In this document: positions 60,518-64,000 of the stretch, one piece after another
How the letters are laid out: the number at the start of each line of letters is the position of its first letter
How positions within the stretch are numbered: position 1 is the stretch's first letter
Source: Thermodesulfobacteriota bacterium
Lineage (GTDB): Bacteria > Desulfobacterota_D > UBA1144 > Nemesobacterales > Nemesobacteraceae
NCBI GenBank assembly: GCA_965202785.1
Contig: OZ241855.1
Coordinates: 1 to 64,000 of the forward strand
Direction of reading: 5' to 3'
DNA length: 64,000 nucleotides
Position numbers and translations under genes: made by a program
Notes under the pieces: model-generated
What the model was told of the DNA's origin: nothing
Databases searched by the model: none
What the model saw: only the letters and a program-made list of their open reading frames with translations

Positions 60518-61123
60518 ATGAACGAGTTTCTTAAAACAGAGTATGAACAATGTCTTATGCTACTCAAGTATTACGATGAGCGACATCAATCCTTGGTCAA
60601 GTTTACGTCTGGATTATCAAGCGGCGTGCCGTCGCTGCTGTTGGCTTTTTATGGATTGGGGGGAGCAACCGTTGTGCATTTCTGGAAATTCGCGTCTTTA
60701 CTATCCGTTATGACTGCCATCAGTTTGCTTGCCATCTTTACCGTGATGGTTCAGGTTCGCCTGTATTTTGTATACCCGGCAAGGCAAGTGAATGCGATAA
60801 GAAAAGCTGCCCTCGAGGATGTATCTGAACTATTTACGAATAATCAGATGTATCTCGACACGACTTTCAGTGCGTTCAAGTGGTCAAGCGCACATTCGTT
60901 GCTCAATGCTTTTGTGGCACTTCAAATAGGAGCATTTGTAGGCTTGGCTATTTTTGGTCTTTATTTTGAGTCCAAGGATACGGATCATTTGGTTTTGGTT
61001 TCCGGCGGTGGCAGCATTGCTACGGCCAGCATCGTATTTGGGTTGTCCGCTTGGTACCTGCACGCAAAAAGCAAGTATCAGGCAGATAGAAGTATTCATG
61101 GTCAAATTGCTAAAGATGAGTAA
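60518..61123 (+). CDS. Hypothetical 4-TM membrane protein
   Basis: N-term helix LKTEY...YDERHQ, two TM hairpins; stop overlaps next start (ATGAGTAA). Confidence 0.75.
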   Translation: MNEFLKTEYEQCLMLLKYYDERHQSLVKFTSGLSSGVPSLLLAFYGLGGATVVHFWKFASLLSVMTAISLLAIFTVMVQVRLYFVYPARQVNAIRKAALEDVSELFTNNQMYLDTTFSAFKWSSAHSLLNAFVALQIGAFVGLAIFGLYFESKDTDHLVLVSGGGSIATASIVFGLSAWYLHAKSKYQADRSIHGQIAKDE

Positions 61124-61961
61124 CCTCAGAATCCTGATTCATAATGTCGGACATGGACAAGCGGTTCACGTGTTCACGCCGGTCGGCCAAACGGTCGTAA
61201 TAGACCTCGGTCGCTCGGCAAATTTCTCTCCGCTTGAATGGCTGAGGGGGCAGACCAGCACCATAGACCTTCTGACCATTACACATCCTCACGGGGATCA
61301 CATTGATGAAATTGTTCTCCTAGAAAAAATGGGTTTCACAGTAAGACAGTTTTGGCGGCCAGGGTGGCTCCCGAGAGATGAGGTATATAGTCAGAATCAG
61401 GGGTCGTACAAAAGCAAGCTCGATACTTACTTTGAAATGTCTGACAGTTATACAGCCCCCATCAAAGAGAGTGAACGCGTTGGCAACCCATCGGTCAGCG
61501 GAGGTGTATCTATTAGGCAATACGCTTCAAGTTCTTGTGGTGTTTCAAACATTAATAATCATAGCTTTGTAACAGTTCTTGACTATCGAGATGTGACAGT
61601 GGTCATTCCCGGTGATAATGAGCAAGCGTCATGGAACGAACTAATGAAAAATCGAGACTTCGCAACTGCAATGAACCGGGTTAACGTATTTATGGCTAGT
61701 CATCATGGTCGGGAGTCCGGGTACTACGCCGAGATATTTACTGGAAAACCAAATCTGTGTGTCGTTAGTGACGGTCCTGTCCAAGACACGGATGCTCGTC
61801 AGCGTTACTCTTATCACGCAGAAGGATGGATAGTTAACAAAAGGAATGATGGGTCTTCAGAAAAGCGGAACTGCGTGACGACCAGGCAGGATGGTTTTAT
61901 TGATATTGAAATTGGTCTGAATGCTAACAGCAAAACATATCTTTCGGTTGAAATTGACTGA
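61116..61961 (+). CDS. Stand-alone ComEC/Rec2-like metallo-beta-lactamase-fold hydrolase
   Basis: NVGHGQA, VIDLG, THPHGDH, NNHS, PGD, SHHGRESG; no signal peptide. Confidence 0.88.
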   Translation: MSNLRILIHNVGHGQAVHVFTPVGQTVVIDLGRSANFSPLEWLRGQTSTIDLLTITHPHGDHIDEIVLLEKMGFTVRQFWRPGWLPRDEVYSQNQGSYKSKLDTYFEMSDSYTAPIKESERVGNPSVSGGVSIRQYASSSCGVSNINNHSFVTVLDYRDVTVVIPGDNEQASWNELMKNRDFATAMNRVNVFMASHHGRESGYYAEIFTGKPNLCVVSDGPVQDTDARQRYSYHAEGWIVNKRNDGSSEKRNCVTTRQDGFIDIEIGLNANSKTYLSVEID

Positions 61962-62145
61962 CAGAATTCGGGTTTATGGATTATCGCCCCTCCCCCGATA
62001 ACCATTTTACGAGACAGGTGAATAATTACACAAAAAGAGAAGGTCAGGCTCAATTCTACAGTCTGATTGCCGCACGTATTCTTATGCTACGGGGTGACTT
62101 TCATGAATGCCGCGAGGATTTGTGCCACCGCTTTCCACATCGCAT

Positions 62146-63120
62146 TCAGACATTATGACAGGCGACGCTTCGCCCGTCGGCTCTTTTTTTCTCAAGCCGC
62201 GGGGTCTCCCTTGAGCACACCTCGGTCGCAAGAGGGCATCTCGGATGAAAACTGCACCCCGAGGGAATATCCGCAAGGCTCTTTATTTCCCCCGATATGG
62301 ATGCCTCGCTGCCGTTTTCGCTCCTGGTTCGTTTTATCTCGGGAATGGCGGAGATAAGCATCTTGGTGTAAGGGTGCACGGGGTTTGAGTAGATCTCCTC
62401 GCTGGGAGCGATTTCGACTATTTTTCCAAGGTACATTACGGCCACCAGATCGCTTACGTGCTTTACGACGCGCAGGTCATGGGATATGAAGAGGTAGGAA
62501 AGACCGTGTTTTTTCTGAAGATCCTTAAGCAGGTTTATTATCTGCGCCTGCACCGACACATCAAGCGCCGAGACGGGCTCATCGCAGACAACGAACTTCG
62601 GGTGAAGAGAGATCGCGCGCGCTATGGCTATTCTCTGGCGCTGTCCCCCGCTGAACTCGTGGGGGTAGCGGCTCATAACGTCAGCGCCCAGACCCACCTC
62701 GCCAAGAAGCCGGGTCACGAACTCGTGGCGCTCTTCTTTCTTTACCGTGTTGTGGATGCTTATTCCCTCGGAAACAAGCGAACCCACGTTCATCCTGGGA
62801 TTAAGGGAGCCGTAGGGGTTCTGGAATATCATCTGCATCTCTCTTCTCAGGGAACGAAGCCGGGCCGAGTCAAGTTCGGTAATGTCCTCTCCCTCGAAGA
62901 AGATCTTCCCGGCGGTCGGGGCAAGGAGTCTCAGCACCGTCTTTCCAAGCGTAGTCTTTCCGCTGCCGCTTTCCCCGACAAGGCCCACGGTGCTGCCTTT
63001 TTTTATTTCAAGTTCTACTTCATCAACGGCACGTATATAGTCTGAAACCCTTGATAAAACACCCTTGCGAACCGGGAAGTACTTTTTAAGTCCCCTTACG
63101 CTTACTATTGATTCATTCAT
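62146..63120 (-). CDS. Oligopeptide/dipeptide ABC transporter ATP-binding subunit (OppF/DppF-like)
   Basis: GESGSGKT, YPHEFSGGQRQR, CDEPVSALD, HPYT, GCSFHPRC..C..VACH. Confidence 0.95.
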   Translation of the reverse strand: MNESIVSVRGLKKYFPVRKGVLSRVSDYIRAVDEVELEIKKGSTVGLVGESGSGKTTLGKTVLRLLAPTAGKIFFEGEDITELDSARLRSLRREMQMIFQNPYGSLNPRMNVGSLVSEGISIHNTVKKEERHEFVTRLLGEVGLGADVMSRYPHEFSGGQRQRIAIARAISLHPKFVVCDEPVSALDVSVQAQIINLLKDLQKKHGLSYLFISHDLRVVKHVSDLVAVMYLGKIVEIAPSEEIYSNPVHPYTKMLISAIPEIKRTRSENGSEASISGEIKSLADIPSGCSFHPRCPLATEVCSRETPRLEKKRADGRSVACHNV

Positions 63121-63212
63121 GGTTCATAACTGGATCGCAATGGATCAATTCTCCGTCACACCACCATTTGGCTAAGTGTAAAGCATTCAGCAATTTCACA
63201 ACCCTCTTTGAC

Positions 63213-63461
63213 CTATGTCCGCCTAAGCTCCCATGTCTTCTGCAGATTCAGCCACAGTTGCGGAGTCGTCCCGAAATAACCGGCCAATCGCAACGCCATG
63301 TCCTCGCTCACGTCCCGACAGCCGTCAAGGATCATAGCGACCCGATCTACCGGCACACCCAATTCTTTTGATAGCTCGTTGGCCGACAGCCCGAGCGCGT
63401 CAATTTCCTCGCGAAGTATCTCGCCCGGATGCACGGGCCTCATTCCGTTTCTGGGATTCAT
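63213..63461 (-). CDS. higA: HigA-family antitoxin (XRE HTH)
   Basis: RPVHPGEILRE, MALRLAGYFGTTPQLWLNLQ. Confidence 0.88.
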   Translation of the reverse strand: MNPRNGMRPVHPGEILREEIDALGLSANELSKELGVPVDRVAMILDGCRDVSEDMALRLAGYFGTTPQLWLNLQKTWELRRT

Positions 63462-63676
63462 TCCTTCCTAGGCGGGTTATTCGATATACACCCACAATCA
63501 GCGTGAAAATCTATGTCAATCCTGATCTTGTCTATATCCGAAACGTACTTCCGAAGCTCCTCTACCTCTTTCAGTGCTTCGTCCACAGGGTCAGTCCCAC
63601 TTAATTCTGAGAACCGGGTGTGCAGTTTCGGACGTTTGTCGTCCATTGCCTTTACCTTGATCGTAACTTCCATCAT
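63458..63676 (-). CDS. Small hypothetical protein overlapping higA start
   Basis: SD GAGGTG; MMEVTIKVKAMDDKRP...; ATGA overlap with higA; no HigB/RelE motifs. Confidence 0.45.
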   Translation of the reverse strand: MMEVTIKVKAMDDKRPKLHTRFSELSGTDPVDEALKEVEELRKYVSDIDKIRIDIDFHADCGCISNNPPRKE

Positions 63677-63687
63677 TCTACAACACC

Positions 63688-63804
63688 TCAATAGGTTTTG
63701 ATTTTCCTTTTCTGTGCCAACTTCTTATCCGCAGTCAAGCATATCGCCCTTGCTAACTCCTCCGGTGTAACATCTCTTTGTTCTTTTCGCTCATTTGAAC
63801 TCAC
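63688..63804 (-). CDS. Small basic peptide (DVTPEELARAI type)
   Basis: GTG overlapping upstream TAG; VSSNERKEQRDVTPEELARAICLTADKKLAQKRKIKTY. Confidence 0.4.
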   Translation of the reverse strand: MSSNERKEQRDVTPEELARAICLTADKKLAQKRKIKTY

Positions 63805-64000
63805 TAACCCCTGAACATGATTCCAACTGCGAACGCTGCGATAATGATGCCCACAATTGCGAGAAGGAACCAAGCTACTCCTATTGCGACTATGGCAATC
63901 AAGCCTGCTATAAAACCCACGCCGACCACTGTCATAACCGCTAGGTCAAGACCCTTGTTCTGCTTGCGCCATTCCTCCGCCCTCCGCTCCGCATTCTGCT
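63804..64000 (-). CDS. Membrane protein, C-terminal part (runs off window)
   Basis: Open frame QNAERRAEEWRKQNKGLDLAVMTVVGVGFIAGLIAIVAIGVAWFLLAIVGIIIAAFAVGIMFRG*. Confidence 0.6.
   Translation of the reverse strand, partial: QNAERRAEEWRKQNKGLDLAVMTVVGVGFIAGLIAIVAIGVAWFLLAIVGIIIAAFAVGIMFRG

Noticed and set aside
61116-61961. Competence gene comEC
   Set aside because: Only the MBL domain is present; no competence channel domain; defence-island context
19719-63189. Shared TAAAGCATTCA 11-mer at ~19719 and ~63179 as element ends
   Set aside because: Too short and AT-rich, flanks do not align; compatible with chance
1-64000. CRISPR array or cas genes
   Set aside because: No regularly spaced direct repeats and no Cas motifs seen
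1-64000. tRNA, rRNA, integrase, transposase or reverse transcriptase genes
   Set aside because: No cloverleaf/T-loop, rRNA, tyrosine/serine recombinase, DDE or YxDD RT signatures recognised by eye

Overview
Bacterial chromosomal window. Core housekeeping blocks (recN, proA, cysC, ndk, holA, rpsT; aceE-aceF-lpdA; rpoH-dnaK; acnA-icd-mdh-sdhCAB-sucC; yceD-rpmF-fabD-fabG-acpP-fabF; an oligopeptide ABC ATPase) alternate with visibly AT-richer accessory islands at ~19.3-32.4 kb, ~35.3-44.6 kb, ~58.2-62.1 kb and ~63.1-64 kb. The islands hold candidate anti-phage genes: a pentapeptide-FRG fusion, a Toprim protein, a 1372-aa KAP NTPase, a TIR + 3TM (+ TM-HEPN) module, DUF3892, an EVE-nuclease, an sce7726-sce7725-RES operon, GmrSD and a 4TM + MBL-hydrolase pair. 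No integrase or transposase is present. Structure read from the DNA itself: (i) the PDH operon is bracketed by diverged copies of its own ends (aceE 5' and lpdA 3'); (ii) a ~23-bp terminal-repeat-like motif recurs in three islands, and two copies delimit a 550-bp transposase-less cassette with a near-perfect 8-bp target duplication carrying a GIY-YIG nuclease; (iii) a G11 tract puts a large surface protein out of frame with its best start codon; (iv) a promoter-proximal hammerhead-like RNA fold precedes a small membrane protein. The Gly-Cys-TM-tailed surface proteins suggest a host (sponge)-associated Ca. Dadabacteria-like organism, which is inference only. Family assignments come from motif recognition, not database searches.
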